From contig JBHOQK010000025.1 in the NCBI GenBank assembly GCA_042408205.1, forward strand, positions 1,597 through 65,596: a DNA stretch of 64,000 bases. The letters are read 5' to 3'. This document shows, one piece after another, positions 53,544 to 63,921 of this stretch (its first letter is position 1; each line of letters opens with the position of its first letter). The DNA comes from Dehalococcoidia bacterium. GTDB lineage: Bacteria; Chloroflexota; Dehalococcoidia; GIF9; DYGU01. A program made the position numbers and the translations under genes. A model generated the notes under the pieces. It was given only the letters and a program-made list of their open reading frames with translations, did no database searches and was not told the DNA's origin.

Positions 53544-54309
53544 ATATTGGGTGGGGGAGACCAGAAAAAGCTATCAGCTTTGGAATTAAAATATAACCTG
53601 TCTTAGTGTCCCCAAAGACATGATAGCCTTGAGGACCCCAATACCAGGCATGGTAGCCGATATAGGCGCACAGCAGGGCATCTAAGAGGTCTTCATAGGT
53701 CTTAAGGCTGTTTCCTGATAAAGAAAAGGGATTTTTAAAAGAGGATGGGCTCAGGTGGAGGGATGGCTTGGCGGAGTCAAGGCGGACAATATATTCCTGG
53801 AGATGGTTTAATTCTTTTTGGCGCTCTTCTATGCTTCGTCCCTTTCTCCTTTTATACTTGAGGATGCGCGGCAGGTGGAAAAGAATGATAGTCGCCGGGT
53901 GGGGATAGACTTCTATTACCTGGCGGACTTGAGTCTGGCGAGCAACTTTTGGAGTATGAATAAAGTTTTGGCGCCGTAATAAGTGGACGATTTCTTCCCC
54001 TCGGACTTTGCCTCCAAATTTAGCCCGGTTGGCTGGGAAAGTTCCGGCATGGTAGCGACCAAAAATCCGGGTTATTTCCCGGTCGCAAGGGCGACTTCCA
54101 GTTTGGTTAGGCACAATTAGGGGGGCGTCTATGGTGACTAAAGCTGGGTTGGTACCGGCAATTTTGGAAATAAAGTTAAGGATTTCCTCATTCTGCCCCA
54201 GACATTCCTGGGTGGAAATAAGTTCACTGGTATCATCTTTGGCATAAATACAGGCAGCGGCTGAATTATTTCTTTCTGACCAGGCTAAATCAATGCCAAT
54301 GAAATACAT
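53398..54309 (-). CDS. DUF429-like protein (predicted RNase H-fold)
   Basis: MYFIGIDLAWS N-terminus and ALLCAYIGYHAW block. The last ~60 aa are low-complexity and overlap the convergent gene by 146 nt. Confidence 0.6.
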   Translation of the reverse strand: MYFIGIDLAWSERNNSAAACIYAKDDTSELISTQECLGQNEEILNFISKIAGTNPALVTIDAPLIVPNQTGSRPCDREITRIFGRYHAGTFPANRAKFGGKVRGEEIVHLLRRQNFIHTPKVARQTQVRQVIEVYPHPATIILFHLPRILKYKRRKGRSIEERQKELNHLQEYIVRLDSAKPSLHLSPSSFKNPFSLSGNSLKTYEDLLDALLCAYIGYHAWYWGPQGYHVFGDTKTGYILIPKLIAFSGLPHPIFNLVSSPTDAESPGLPPPQKPKLEPNPDSPQPHPHRQTYYQSPSPNTD

Positions 54310-54312
54310 ATT

Positions 54313-55008
54313 TTAGACGTAACTTCGGTCGTAGAGGAGGCGGTTTAAAAGGATGCTTTTGAGATTGGGGGCGTTTTTGAGGTCTTGGGTTAGTCCTGCG
54401 GTAAGGCGGCGGAGGATGATAAGGAGGAATAAGATAGTCAGGGCTAAAGTAAGGGGGAGGGGTTGGCGGGAGAGTCCGGAGGCGATGGGCAGAGTCAGGA
54501 AGCCAGTTGCCATGCCCAGGGGTAAGCTACGGCTGGCTGGACCACCAAACTTAAGGCGTTCATTTAAAGATTGACCTTTAGCCAAGAAGCGGGGGATAGT
54601 TCGGATAGAAATGCCGAGGAGGATGGGGATAAAAGCCAATAATATGGGGTAAGCCCGGTAAACTAAGGCTAAAGTTATTGCCAGGGCAATGCCCACACTA
54701 TTCCCTTTTTCCCCATCGAAGTTACGGAAGACAGGCCACATTTGCCCGGCGACGGCAGCTACTCCAGCGGTAACTACTGCCCAAAGAGGCAGATTAAAGC
54801 CATAACCGATAAGGACGGGTATAATTCCCTTGCTCAGGTCAACTAAGATTCCAGCTAATCCTTCCCGACGCCCTACCTTTCGCCATAAAGCAATGTGCAA
54901 GTCTTCTTCCTGAGACAGGTCAATGCCTTTAGCCTGGCTAAGGGCAATCATAAAGGGTAAAGATCCGAAGAGATAAGCACTAAGGATTAAGGCAATTTCA
55001 GCTATCAC
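54313..55008 (-). CDS. plsY: glycerol-3-phosphate acyltransferase PlsY family
   Basis: AYLFGSLPF N-terminal motif, a multi-TM profile, GTG start. Confidence 0.7.
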   Translation of the reverse strand: MIAEIALILSAYLFGSLPFMIALSQAKGIDLSQEEDLHIALWRKVGRREGLAGILVDLSKGIIPVLIGYGFNLPLWAVVTAGVAAVAGQMWPVFRNFDGEKGNSVGIALAITLALVYRAYPILLAFIPILLGISIRTIPRFLAKGQSLNERLKFGGPASRSLPLGMATGFLTLPIASGLSRQPLPLTLALTILFLLIILRRLTAGLTQDLKNAPNLKSILLNRLLYDRSYV

Positions 55009-55089
55009 TTTGACACTTGCTTTTGAACCTAATTTGGGCTAATTATGTTTTAGAATAGCATTGACTCTTCGTAGCGTCAACGGGTCTTA

Positions 55090-55340
55090 CCTGCCAACGG
55101 GGAAAAAGTAACCACGGCTACACCAATCTTCGAAGGGGGAACAGTTACTGGGGCTGCCAGCCCCAAAGAGTCTATCATAAGGTAGGTGAGCCCTTTACTT
55201 CACTAATCAGCTTCATCACCGGCTGGAAGAAGTTTTTGTATAGCTTCAGCTCATTCCGATAAAGGTCATGGTTAATCATCCATTTCTAAGAAGGGTTTAA
55301 GCCTTTGCCCACTGGAGAGATTCATCGGTGACATTTTAGA
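55090..55340 (-). pseudogene. possible decayed transposase/integrase C-terminal fragment
   Basis: Minus-strand frames read ...INHDLYRNELKLYKNFFQPVMKLISEVKGSPTL* and, shifted, ...PYDRLFG.... This recalls the LY-NFFQP-KL ... TPY-RL tail of rve-type IS transposases. Stops and frameshifts break it up. Confidence 0.3.
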
Positions 55341-55357
55341 CGATTTAAATCGTTTTC

Positions 55358-55386
55358 TTGACAGGAATTTATTTGGGATTTAAAAT
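55358..55386 (+). promoter_or_regulatory. promoter for rpsU (TTGACA-17-TAAAAT)
   Basis: Consensus -35, 17-nt spacer and a near-consensus -10, about 70 nt upstream of the rpsU start. Confidence 0.6.
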
Positions 55387-55458
55387 GACGTTTTAGCCAT
55401 TTTGGGGTGGGGTAATTTTCTATTTTAAATTTAGACTGGGAAAGGAGGGAGATGACCT

Positions 55459-55644
55459 TTGACTGAAGTGAGGCTAATGGAAGGAGAAGATTTTGAGAGT
55501 TTGCTGCGGCGGTTTAACAAGCAAGTGCAGCAGGCTCGCATTTTAAGTGAGATTCGGCGTCGGGAATTTTATGAGAAGCCCAGTGTGAGGCGGAAGAAGA
55601 AGGAAGCCATAAAAAGACGGAAAAGTGCTCGTAGCTCCCAATGA
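55459..55644 (+). CDS. rpsU: 30S ribosomal protein S21
   Basis: TTG start 9 nt after SD ggaggg. [23 protein letters not shown] and a basic C-terminus are typical of S21. Confidence 0.9.
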   Translation: MTEVRLMEGEDFESLLRRFNKQVQQARILSEIRRREFYEKPSVRRKKKEAIKRRKSARSSQ

Positions 55645-56090
55645 CTTTAGTGGAAAAGATAAAGGAAGACCTTAAAGAGGCAATCAGGAAAGAAGATAGA
55701 ATTCGGCGCTCGGTGCTTCGTTTGGCTTTAGCCAGAATAAAAGATGCCGAGATTGCTCAACAGAGGGTATTAGATGATGCTGGAGTGATGGAGGTTTTGG
55801 TTAAGGAAGTAAAACAGCGTCGGGAAAGTATTGAAGCTTTCCGCCGAGGCAATCGGGAAGACTTAGTTAGTCAGGAAGAAGCGGAACTGGCTATTCTGTT
55901 AGAATATTTGCCCCAACCACTGTCTCGGGAGGAAATTATAGCTCTGGCTCAAAAAACCATAGCTGAAGTGGGAGCCAAAGGACCTGGGGATAAAGGGAAA
56001 GTGATGGGGCGGCTAATGCCTCAGTTAAAAGGAAGAGCTGATGGGAAAGAAGTAAGCACCATTGTTTCCGAACTTTTGGCTTCTTCATGA
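55641..56090 (+). CDS. GatB/YqeY domain protein
   Basis: 149 aa. [31 protein letters not shown] matches the YqeY pattern, and the common rpsU-yqeY linkage is present. Confidence 0.85.
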   Translation: MTLVEKIKEDLKEAIRKEDRIRRSVLRLALARIKDAEIAQQRVLDDAGVMEVLVKEVKQRRESIEAFRRGNREDLVSQEEAELAILLEYLPQPLSREEIIALAQKTIAEVGAKGPGDKGKVMGRLMPQLKGRADGKEVSTIVSELLASS

Positions 56091-56195
56091 CGGCTTGAAT
56101 ACTACCCCTTATTTTAAGTTTTTATTGCTTTAAACTTGGGTTTTTATTTTTGATAGCCTTACTTTTAACCGGGATGAAGGGGGAAGGGAACTGAT

Positions 56196-56894
56196 ATGAG
56201 GTTTGGCATAATTGTTTTTCCTGGCACTTGGAGTGACCGGGATTGCTACTATGCGTTGAAGGCAGTTTTAGGGCAAAAGGTGGATTATATTTGGCATAAG
56301 GAGACAGATCTTTCCGCTTATGATTGTGTTGTTCTTCCAGGGGGTTTTTCTTATGGTGATTATCTTCGGGCTGGGGCTATTGCCCGATTTTCTCCGGTTA
56401 TGAAGGCAGTGGCAGATTTGGCTGCCCGGGGTAGATTTGTTATTGGTATTTGTAATGGTTTTCAAATTTTGTGCGAAGCTGGTCTTCTTCCTGGAGCTTT
56501 GTTGCGCAATAGTCACCTTCAATATCGTTGCCAGTGGGTGAATCTAAGGGTGGAGAATAATCAGTTGCCGTTTACTCGGCTGTGTCAAGCTGGACAAATA
56601 TTGAAGATCCCTATCTCCCATTATGAAGGCAATTATTATGCCGATGAAGTTACTTTGCAGGAACTGGAATCAAGGGGTCAAATAGTTTTTCGCTACTGTT
56701 CCGAGACGGGAGAAATAACTGAGGCAGCTAATCCTAATGGGGCTCTTCATAATATTGCTGGAATTGTTAATAAAGAGGGCAATGTTTTGGGGATGATGCC
56801 CCATCCGGAGCGGGCTTGTGAAGCCCTTCTGGGGGGTAGGGATGGTAATTTAATTTGGGAGTCGCTAATTGCCAGTTTCAAAAGAAGTTCTTGA
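56196..56894 (+). CDS. purQ: phosphoribosylformylglycinamidine synthase I (glutaminase subunit)
   Basis: [11 protein letters not shown]..., GICNGFQ nucleophile elbow, MMPHPER motif. Confidence 0.9.
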   Translation: MRFGIIVFPGTWSDRDCYYALKAVLGQKVDYIWHKETDLSAYDCVVLPGGFSYGDYLRAGAIARFSPVMKAVADLAARGRFVIGICNGFQILCEAGLLPGALLRNSHLQYRCQWVNLRVENNQLPFTRLCQAGQILKIPISHYEGNYYADEVTLQELESRGQIVFRYCSETGEITEAANPNGALHNIAGIVNKEGNVLGMMPHPERACEALLGGRDGNLIWESLIASFKRSS

Positions 56895-59064
56895 GGAAAT
56901 TGCTTTAAGTGAAGCTGAATATGAGCTTATCGTTAAGCTTTTAGGGAGAGAGCCTAACGAGGTTGAGTTAGGCATGTTTGGGGCTTTGTGGAGTGAACAT
57001 TGTGGCTATAAGCATTCTAAGGTTTTATTAAAAGGGTTGCCCGTTACTGGGAGAGGTGTTTTAGTCAAGCCTGGGGAGGAAAATGCTGGGGTAATAAGTA
57101 TTGGGGATGGGTTGGTGGTGGTGATGAAAATAGAGTCTCATAATCATCCATCGGCTATTGAGCCGTATCAAGGGGCGGCAACGGGAATTGGGGGGATTGT
57201 CCGCGATATTTTTACTATGGGAGCGCGCCCGATAGCTCTACTTAATTCCTTGCGCTTTGGTCTCTTGGAAGAGGCGCGAAATCGGTACCTGTTTAATGGG
57301 GTGGTGGCTGGGATAGCTGGTTATGGTAATTGTCTTGGCATAGCTAATGTAGGTGGGGAGGTCTTTTTTGCCCCTTGTTATTCAGCTAATCCTCTGGTTA
57401 ATGTTTTATGTCTGGGTATTGCGGAGAGGGGGAAATTGGTTCGGGCTAAAGCCAGGGAAGGTAGCCTGTTAATGTTGGTGGGAGCTGATACGGGGCGGGA
57501 TGGGCTTCATGGGGCGTCCGGTTTAGCTTCCAGAACTTTTGACGCTGACCGGGAATTAAGGGCAGCTGTCCAGGTAGGTAATCCTTTTTTGGAGAAGTTA
57601 CTTATGGAGGCTTGTCTTGAATTAGCTGGAACTGATTGGATTGAAGGGATGCAGGACTTAGGTGCTGCTGGTTTAACAAGTGCCTGTGTGGAATCGGCAG
57701 CTCGGGGAGGGGCAGGAGTTGAAATTGATGTCCTTAAAGTTCCACGGCGAGAACAGGGTATGACCCCCTATGAGGTGATGCTGTCTGAGTCTCAGGAGAG
57801 AATGCTGGTTATGGTAAAGCCGGGGTATGAGGGGAAGGTAAAAGAAGTGTTTAATCGGTGGGAATTAACTTCAGAAATCATCGGGAAGGTGACGGGGGAT
57901 GGTATGGCTAAGGTCAGGGAGGGGGATAAGGTAGTAGCTCAAGTTCCCGTTTCTTTATTGGTGTCAGCTCCGATTTACCGTCGTCAGGTTAGAAAACCAG
58001 CCTGGCTCCGAAAATTGCAAAGCTTTGATATATCCACTGTACCCGATTTAAAGCCTCAGGAGTGTGGTTCGGTTTTGCTGAAGCTTTTGTCTTCTCCTAA
58101 CATTGCCAGTAAGGAATGGGTTTACCGACAGTATGACCATCAGGTAGGGAATAATACTGTGGTTCTTCCTGGGAGTGATGCGGCAGTGTTGCGGATTCAG
58201 GGTACCTCAAAAGCTATTTCTGTGACTACTGATGGTAATGGTCGCTATTGTTATCTTAATCCCTATTTAGGGGCGGCGATGGCAGTAGCGGAAGCAGCTC
58301 GGAACATTGTCTGTAGTGGGGCTCGTCCGTTAGCTGTAACTGATTGCCTTAATTTGGGAAATCCGGAACGGGATGATATTTATTATCAGCTAAAAGAGTG
58401 TATTCGCGGGCTAGCTCGGGCTTGTCGGGTTTTGGGGATTCCGGTTATTAGCGGTAATGTGAGCTTATATAATGAAACTAAAGGTGAGGCTGTCTATCCG
58501 ACACCGGTGGTAGGCATGGTTGGGCTAATGGAGGATGTCCACAGGCATTGCACTATGGCTTTTAAGGAAGATGGGGATGTGGTTTTTTTGCTTGGTGGGG
58601 AGGGGGATGGTCTTGGGGGGAGTGAATATCTGGCGGTGGTGCATGGGATAGTGGCGGGAAATTTATATCTTGACCTTGATTTGGAAAAGAGGGTGCAGCA
58701 ATGTTGTCTTGAAGCCATTAGAGCTGGTATAGTCAAGTCAGCTCATGATTGTTCTGAAGGGGGGTTGCTGGTGGCTATTGTTGAAAGCTGTCTGGCTGGG
58801 GGGCGAGGCTTTGTTAATGACGACTGGCAAATAAGGGGAAGGTTAGATAAAGCTCTCTTTGGTGAGTCACCTTCCCGGATTGTGGTTTCGGTAGCTGCTG
58901 CCTCCGTACCAAAGTTGACCGCAATCGCTGGCAAAAGGGGCGTGCCTATAAGGAAACTTGGGATAGTCGGAGGGGAGCGTTTGGTAGTTAAAGGTTTATT
59001 AGATTTACCTTTAACTCTTTTGGAGGAAGCCTGGCGGGGTGGGTTAGAAAAAAGACTGGGGTAG
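56869..59064 (+). CDS. purL: phosphoribosylformylglycinamidine synthase II
   Basis: 731 aa, TTG start overlapping purQ by 26 nt. Blocks [25 protein letters not shown]. Confidence 0.9.
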   Translation: MPVSKEVLEEIALSEAEYELIVKLLGREPNEVELGMFGALWSEHCGYKHSKVLLKGLPVTGRGVLVKPGEENAGVISIGDGLVVVMKIESHNHPSAIEPYQGAATGIGGIVRDIFTMGARPIALLNSLRFGLLEEARNRYLFNGVVAGIAGYGNCLGIANVGGEVFFAPCYSANPLVNVLCLGIAERGKLVRAKAREGSLLMLVGADTGRDGLHGASGLASRTFDADRELRAAVQVGNPFLEKLLMEACLELAGTDWIEGMQDLGAAGLTSACVESAARGGAGVEIDVLKVPRREQGMTPYEVMLSESQERMLVMVKPGYEGKVKEVFNRWELTSEIIGKVTGDGMAKVREGDKVVAQVPVSLLVSAPIYRRQVRKPAWLRKLQSFDISTVPDLKPQECGSVLLKLLSSPNIASKEWVYRQYDHQVGNNTVVLPGSDAAVLRIQGTSKAISVTTDGNGRYCYLNPYLGAAMAVAEAARNIVCSGARPLAVTDCLNLGNPERDDIYYQLKECIRGLARACRVLGIPVISGNVSLYNETKGEAVYPTPVVGMVGLMEDVHRHCTMAFKEDGDVVFLLGGEGDGLGGSEYLAVVHGIVAGNLYLDLDLEKRVQQCCLEAIRAGIVKSAHDCSEGGLLVAIVESCLAGGRGFVNDDWQIRGRLDKALFGESPSRIVVSVAAASVPKLTAIAGKRGVPIRKLGIVGGERLVVKGLLDLPLTLLEEAWRGGLEKRLG

Positions 59065-59067
59065 TCT

Positions 59068-60336
59068 GTGGCTGAAATTAATCCTTTTAGAGGTATACGG
59101 TATAACCAACAAATTGTTGGCGACCTTAGTTTGGTAATTTGCCCGCCTTATGATGTTATTACTCCGGAAGAGCAGAAGGCTTACTATGAAAAGAGTGCCT
59201 ATAACATTATTCGTCTGGAATATAGTTTAGACATGCCTGAAGATCTACCCGGTAGCAAGTATGCTCGGGTAGCCGCTACTTTTAGCCAATGGCTCAATGA
59301 AGGTATCCTCCAAAGAGATAATGCTCCAGCTTTTTATATTCATGAGCACCAGTTCCTTTATAAGGGGGTAAGAAGAAAGCGCCTTGGGTTTATGGCTTGC
59401 GTCAAACTAGAGCCGTGGGAAAGCCGAATGATTTGCCCCCATGAAAATACTGTCCCTGAAATTAAGAGTGACCGTCTGGAATTAATACGAGCCTGTGAAG
59501 CTAATATTAGCCCTCTTTTAGCTCTGTATGAAGACCCGGGACAAAAGGTAGTTCAATTATTACAGACTCGTCGCCGCTTAGTTATGGATTTTACTGCCGG
59601 TGACGAGATTCATAAAGTGTGGGTAATTACCGAGCCGGAATTTATTCAGCGGATCAGCCATTTTTTGGCGTCAAAGCCGCTTTATATTGCCGATGGGCAT
59701 CATCGGTATGAAACTGCCTTAACTTTTCAGCAGGAGAAGAAAAAAGTTTCTGCTGCCACTGGGGAGGAAGCGTTTAATTTTGTGATGATGACCCTGGTTA
59801 GTCTGGCTGACCCTGGGCTTATCGTTTTGCCGGTGCATCGCTTGGTGCGGGGTTTGTCGGAGTCAACCTTGGTAAAACTAAAAAGCCAGTTTCAGGAATT
59901 TTTTGAAATTAAATTTAGCTCAGCTAATCCTTCCGAGTTACCTTTACCTGAAGGTAGTATAGGGGTTTTGGGGTTGGAACCAGGTCAAGTAGCAATTTTG
60001 AGGTTACGTCCTGATGTGGCTCTTTCTGAAGTTATACCTGCAGGTCATTCTGAAATTTACTCCAAGCTAAGTGTCAGTCTTTTCCAACATCTTATTTTGG
60101 AGAAGTTAATTGGACCTCTTCCTCCAGGGAGTATTACCTATACTCCCAGTGTGGAAATGGCTCACCGTCAACTGGAAAGTGGTGACTATCAGCTTGCCTT
60201 TTTATTGCCTTCCATTCCTGTAAGCAAAATAAAAGCTATTGTCGATGCTGGTGACCGCGTGCCGGGAAAGTCCACCTATTTCTATCCCAAGTTACCTACA
60301 GGGCTGGTGATTAATTCTCTGATTGGGAAGCTATAG
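59068..60336 (+). CDS. DUF1015 family protein
   Basis: GTG start. INPFRGIRYN...ICPPYDVI N-terminus and a ADGHHRYETAL block. Confidence 0.8.
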   Translation: MAEINPFRGIRYNQQIVGDLSLVICPPYDVITPEEQKAYYEKSAYNIIRLEYSLDMPEDLPGSKYARVAATFSQWLNEGILQRDNAPAFYIHEHQFLYKGVRRKRLGFMACVKLEPWESRMICPHENTVPEIKSDRLELIRACEANISPLLALYEDPGQKVVQLLQTRRRLVMDFTAGDEIHKVWVITEPEFIQRISHFLASKPLYIADGHHRYETALTFQQEKKKVSAATGEEAFNFVMMTLVSLADPGLIVLPVHRLVRGLSESTLVKLKSQFQEFFEIKFSSANPSELPLPEGSIGVLGLEPGQVAILRLRPDVALSEVIPAGHSEIYSKLSVSLFQHLILEKLIGPLPPGSITYTPSVEMAHRQLESGDYQLAFLLPSIPVSKIKAIVDAGDRVPGKSTYFYPKLPTGLVINSLIGKL

Positions 60337-60341
60337 TCTAC

Positions 60342-60400
60342 TCACAGCTTCACCAGTTCGGCGGTGTCGATGTTAGGCAGGGTTAAGGGGTTCATCTAAT
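60342..60400 (-). pseudogene. decayed duplicate of the serA 3' end
   Basis: The minus strand reads ..LDEPL.. (one frame), then LPNIDTAELVKL* (next frame). The real serA C-terminus is LDEPLGEEQRQQILALPDVYTAKLVKL* at 61248. Nucleotide similarity is visible over about 50 nt. Confidence 0.6.
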
Positions 60401-60461
60401 GTGATATTTGCTTTAAAGTTATACTCTATGTTATTTTGATGAGGTAAGGGATTAAAATTAA

Positions 60462-60779
60462 ATGAATAAACAGATAAGCCGACGATTGAGAAAGATAAGC
60501 AAAAGGTTGAAGGAAGAATATAATGCCCAGAGAGTCATTCTGTTCGGTTCTTACGCCCGGGGAGAGGCTTCCGAGGGTAGCGACCTTGACCTTTTTATTA
60601 TCGCCCCCACTAATGAGCGTTTCTTTGACAGGATGGCAACAGTGCTCGAACTGGTTCGTGACCTTTACCCCGGATTGGCTCTATCGCCAATCGTATTAAG
60701 ACCGGAAGAGGTAAAGGAGAGATTAAAGATAGGAGATCATTTTATTCAGGAAATATTAGAAACAGGAATAGAATTATGA
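60462..60779 (+). CDS. nucleotidyltransferase-domain protein (MNT-type)
   Basis: VILFGSYARGEASEGSDLDLFII motif, 105 aa. Confidence 0.8.
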   Translation: MNKQISRRLRKISKRLKEEYNAQRVILFGSYARGEASEGSDLDLFIIAPTNERFFDRMATVLELVRDLYPGLALSPIVLRPEEVKERLKIGDHFIQEILETGIEL

Positions 60780-61174
60780 AAAAACCTGAGAGTTCTATTC
60801 TTGAGGATTGGAAAAAGATAGCTAGAAAGGATTGGGCTCGTCTAAAAAGGAACTTGAAGGATGGGGATGCTGAAGCTGCCGGCTATTTTTTACAGCAGGC
60901 ATTAGAAAAGTATTTGAAAGCTTTTTTACTTGGGCATGGTTGGAGATTGAAGAAAATTCATGCACTTCACGATTTGCTTAGTGATGCTGTTATTTATAAT
61001 CCAGTTCTGGAATCTTTTCGTAAATTATGTGAGCAGACCTCTGGATATTATTTTGCTGATAGATACCCGCCTCTTGTTCCGACAGAGCTTACTTGTGAAG
61101 ACATAGAAGAAAATATGAAAGAGGCGAAAAAGCTTATCCAAACATTGTTCCCGGAGGAAGAATTAGATAACTAA
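60776..61174 (+). CDS. HEPN domain protein
   Basis: 132 aa with a 4-nt overlap to the NTase gene. FLQQALEKYLKAFLL and DRYP motif region. Confidence 0.8.
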   Translation: MKKPESSILEDWKKIARKDWARLKRNLKDGDAEAAGYFLQQALEKYLKAFLLGHGWRLKKIHALHDLLSDAVIYNPVLESFRKLCEQTSGYYFADRYPPLVPTELTCEDIEENMKEAKKLIQTLFPEEELDN

Positions 61175-61247
61175 AAACCCATTAGCCAGAACTGATAATA
61201 AGGCAAAAAGTAAGCTGGGGAAGTTTCAAATCCTTGTGGATAGTGTT

Positions 61248-62822
61248 TTAAAGTTTTACCAATTTGGCGGTGTAGACATCAGGGAGGGCTAAGATTTGTT
61301 GTCTTTGTTCTTCTCCTAAGGGTTCATCCAGGGCTAAAATCATTAGTGCTGGTCCCCGAGGCTTTAATCTGCCTAAATACATAGCACTGATGTTTATATC
61401 GGCTTTACCAGTAATAGTCCCCACAGCGCCGATAAGTCCGGGACGGTCTTTGTGGTCGCTGAATAGAAAATAGCCACCGGTGGGGACAATATCTACCCAG
61501 AAGTCATTAACTCGAACAATGTGAGTTTCTTTCCGCATTACTGTTCCAGCAACGGTAATGGTTCCAGTACTGGTAGTTACTTTGAGGGTAATAAGGCTAT
61601 CATAGTTTTCACAAGTAGCTTCTTTTTGCTCAATAACTTTTAGACCACGTTGGGCTGCTATTAGATGGGCATTAACGAGGGTAATTCTTTCCTCGCTAAT
61701 CCTTTCCAGAAATCCGCCGAGGAGGGCGGCTTTTAAGGCGGTGGTATCATAGTTAGAAATTTCTCCACTATAAGTAATCTGGAGGCTATTTATCTGTCCT
61801 TCCATTAGCTGGCTGGCTAAACTGCCAATGGTAGTGGCGGCAGAGAGGAAAGGTGTCAAAATAGGGGCAATTTCAGGAGGAATGTAAGGGGCGTTCACTG
61901 CATATTTGGCTGGTTTACCATTAAAGATGGCTAAAATTTGTTCGGCAATGTCTCTGGCAATAGTGACTTGGGCTTCTGCGGTGGAGGCACCTAAGTGGGG
62001 AGTCACAATAATCCTGTCATCTTTGAAAAGAATGTTATCGGTAGTAGGTTCTACACTAAAAACATCAACAGCGGCTCCAGCTATCCTTCCATCTTGGACG
62101 GCTTTGAAAAGGGCTTCTTCATTAATAAGCTCACCTCGGGCGCAATTAATAATTCGAGCCCCTGGTTTGACTTTGGATAGTTCTTGAGCGTTAATAAATT
62201 CTTTAGTGTTAGGGTTTAGGGGTAAATGGAGAGTAATAAAATCAGATTCAGCCAGTAACTGATCTAAGGAGACTAATTCTACCCCGAGGTTTTGGGCACG
62301 TTCTGGGGAGACAAAAGGGTCATAGGCGATAAGGCGCATTTCAAAAGCTTTAGCCCGCCGAGCTACTTCGGAACCTACATTGCCTAAGCCGATGATGCCT
62401 AAAGTTTTGTTTCGGAGCTCGGTACCGAGGAAAGCACTTCGTTGCCAAACTCCTGATTTGAGTTTATAGTTGGCTTGGGGGATATGACGAGCTAAGGCCA
62501 GCATTAAAGCCATAGTATGCTCAGCGGCGGAGATGGTATTGCCAGTGGGGGCATTGACTACTATTATGCCTTTTTTAGTGGCGGCAGCCACATCAATATT
62601 GTCCAGTCCAGCGCCAGCCCGGGCAATGACTTGAAGTTTTTCCCCAGCTTCAATAATCTCACTAGTGACTTTAGTTTCACTACGGACGATTAAAGCATCA
62701 TAATTGCCAATTATAGCCTTTAACTCTTCAGGCTTCAGCCCTAACTTGATATCAACTTCAACCTGTTCTCGGAGAATCTTTATACCTTCTTCCGCAAAAG
62801 GGTCGGTAATCAGGACTTTCAT
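61248..62822 (-). CDS. serA: D-3-phosphoglycerate dehydrogenase (long form with ASB and ACT domains)
   Basis: 524 aa. GIIGLGNVGSEVA NAD fold, a catalytic HLGAST block, and a C-terminal ACT-like region. Confidence 0.9.
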   Translation of the reverse strand: MKVLITDPFAEEGIKILREQVEVDIKLGLKPEELKAIIGNYDALIVRSETKVTSEIIEAGEKLQVIARAGAGLDNIDVAAATKKGIIVVNAPTGNTISAAEHTMALMLALARHIPQANYKLKSGVWQRSAFLGTELRNKTLGIIGLGNVGSEVARRAKAFEMRLIAYDPFVSPERAQNLGVELVSLDQLLAESDFITLHLPLNPNTKEFINAQELSKVKPGARIINCARGELINEEALFKAVQDGRIAGAAVDVFSVEPTTDNILFKDDRIIVTPHLGASTAEAQVTIARDIAEQILAIFNGKPAKYAVNAPYIPPEIAPILTPFLSAATTIGSLASQLMEGQINSLQITYSGEISNYDTTALKAALLGGFLERISEERITLVNAHLIAAQRGLKVIEQKEATCENYDSLITLKVTTSTGTITVAGTVMRKETHIVRVNDFWVDIVPTGGYFLFSDHKDRPGLIGAVGTITGKADINISAMYLGRLKPRGPALMILALDEPLGEEQRQQILALPDVYTAKLVKL

Positions 62823-62838
62823 TAGATAGTCTCCACTT

Positions 62839-63921
62839 TTATCCTTTAATAGCTTTAGGCAAGGTTTCTTTTATAGCTCCGAGGACTTCTTCCATGTCTT
62901 TTTCCGTTACCCAGCCTAAATGACCGATCCGGAAAATTTTTCCGGCTAAAGCATCTTGTCCACCAGCAAGAACTATGTTGTATTCTTTTTGTAAAATTTG
63001 GAGGAGTTTAGAAACATCCAGTTTTTCTGGAGCTTTAACCGCCGTAACAGTATTAGAGGCATATTTTTCTTCTGGGAAAAGACTTAGACCATTAGACTTT
63101 ATTCCTTCTCGGACTTTATTGGCTACCCGGGCGTGTCGGGCAAAGATGTTAGGTAGTCCTTCAGCTAACATAAGGTCTATAGCTGCGGCTAAACCAAAGC
63201 AGGTGGACACCGCTGGTGTCCAAGGAGTCTGTCCTTTTTCTAAATAGCTCTTGGCTTTGGTAAAGTCCCAGTAATATCGGGGCATTTTGGCTTTGGTATG
63301 GGCTTGCCAGGCTTTTTCGCTCATACTCACCATAGCTAAACCTGGAGGTGCCATCCACCCTTTTTGAGAAGCAGTGACAACTACATCGCACTGCCAGGCA
63401 TCTACTGGTAACTCAATAGAACCGAGACTACTTATGGCATCAACTAAGATTAATTTATCAAACTCTTTGACGATGGCACTAATAGTTTTTAGGTCATTAG
63501 TAACACCGGTAGAAGTCTCATTATGGGTGACTAAAACCGCTTTAATTCCGGGGTTAGCTTTTAAAGCTTGGCGGACAGCTTCAGGGTCTACGGGCTTTCC
63601 CCAGTCAAAGTTAAGGCGTTTCACTTCAGCCCCAAACTCTTCGGCGAGTTCACTGAAGCGGTCACCGAAGAAGCCATTGCTAACGGCTAAGACTTTATCT
63701 CCTGGGGAAAGGGTATTGACAATGGCAGCTTCCATACCCCCAGTGCCCGAACCAGTAAGTAAGAAAACATCCCCCTTAGTCTGGAAAAGTTCCTTTAATT
63801 TTGCCGTTAAATGATGAAGAAGCTCGCCGAACTCTTTACCCCGATGGTTTATCATTTGTCGGCTTATGGCTTTAAGAACTTCGGGGGGGCAAGGGGTAGG
63901 ACCCGGTATACGCAATTGCAT
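62839..63921 (-). CDS. class V aminotransferase (serine-pyruvate / phosphoserine aminotransferase-like)
   Basis: 360 aa. MQLRIPGPTPCPPEVL N-terminus, TGSGTGGMEAA, and SQKGWMAPPG (PLP-Lys region). It is adjacent to serA. Confidence 0.8.
   Translation of the reverse strand: MQLRIPGPTPCPPEVLKAISRQMINHRGKEFGELLHHLTAKLKELFQTKGDVFLLTGSGTGGMEAAIVNTLSPGDKVLAVSNGFFGDRFSELAEEFGAEVKRLNFDWGKPVDPEAVRQALKANPGIKAVLVTHNETSTGVTNDLKTISAIVKEFDKLILVDAISSLGSIELPVDAWQCDVVVTASQKGWMAPPGLAMVSMSEKAWQAHTKAKMPRYYWDFTKAKSYLEKGQTPWTPAVSTCFGLAAAIDLMLAEGLPNIFARHARVANKVREGIKSNGLSLFPEEKYASNTVTAVKAPEKLDVSKLLQILQKEYNIVLAGGQDALAGKIFRIGHLGWVTEKDMEEVLGAIKETLPKAIKG

Noticed and set aside
55341-55357. The palindrome acgatttaaatcgt followed by tttc, as a terminator.
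   Set aside because: The stem is AT-rich with no loop and the T-tract is weak. It sits just upstream of the rpsU -35 box, and there is no upstream plus-strand gene to terminate.
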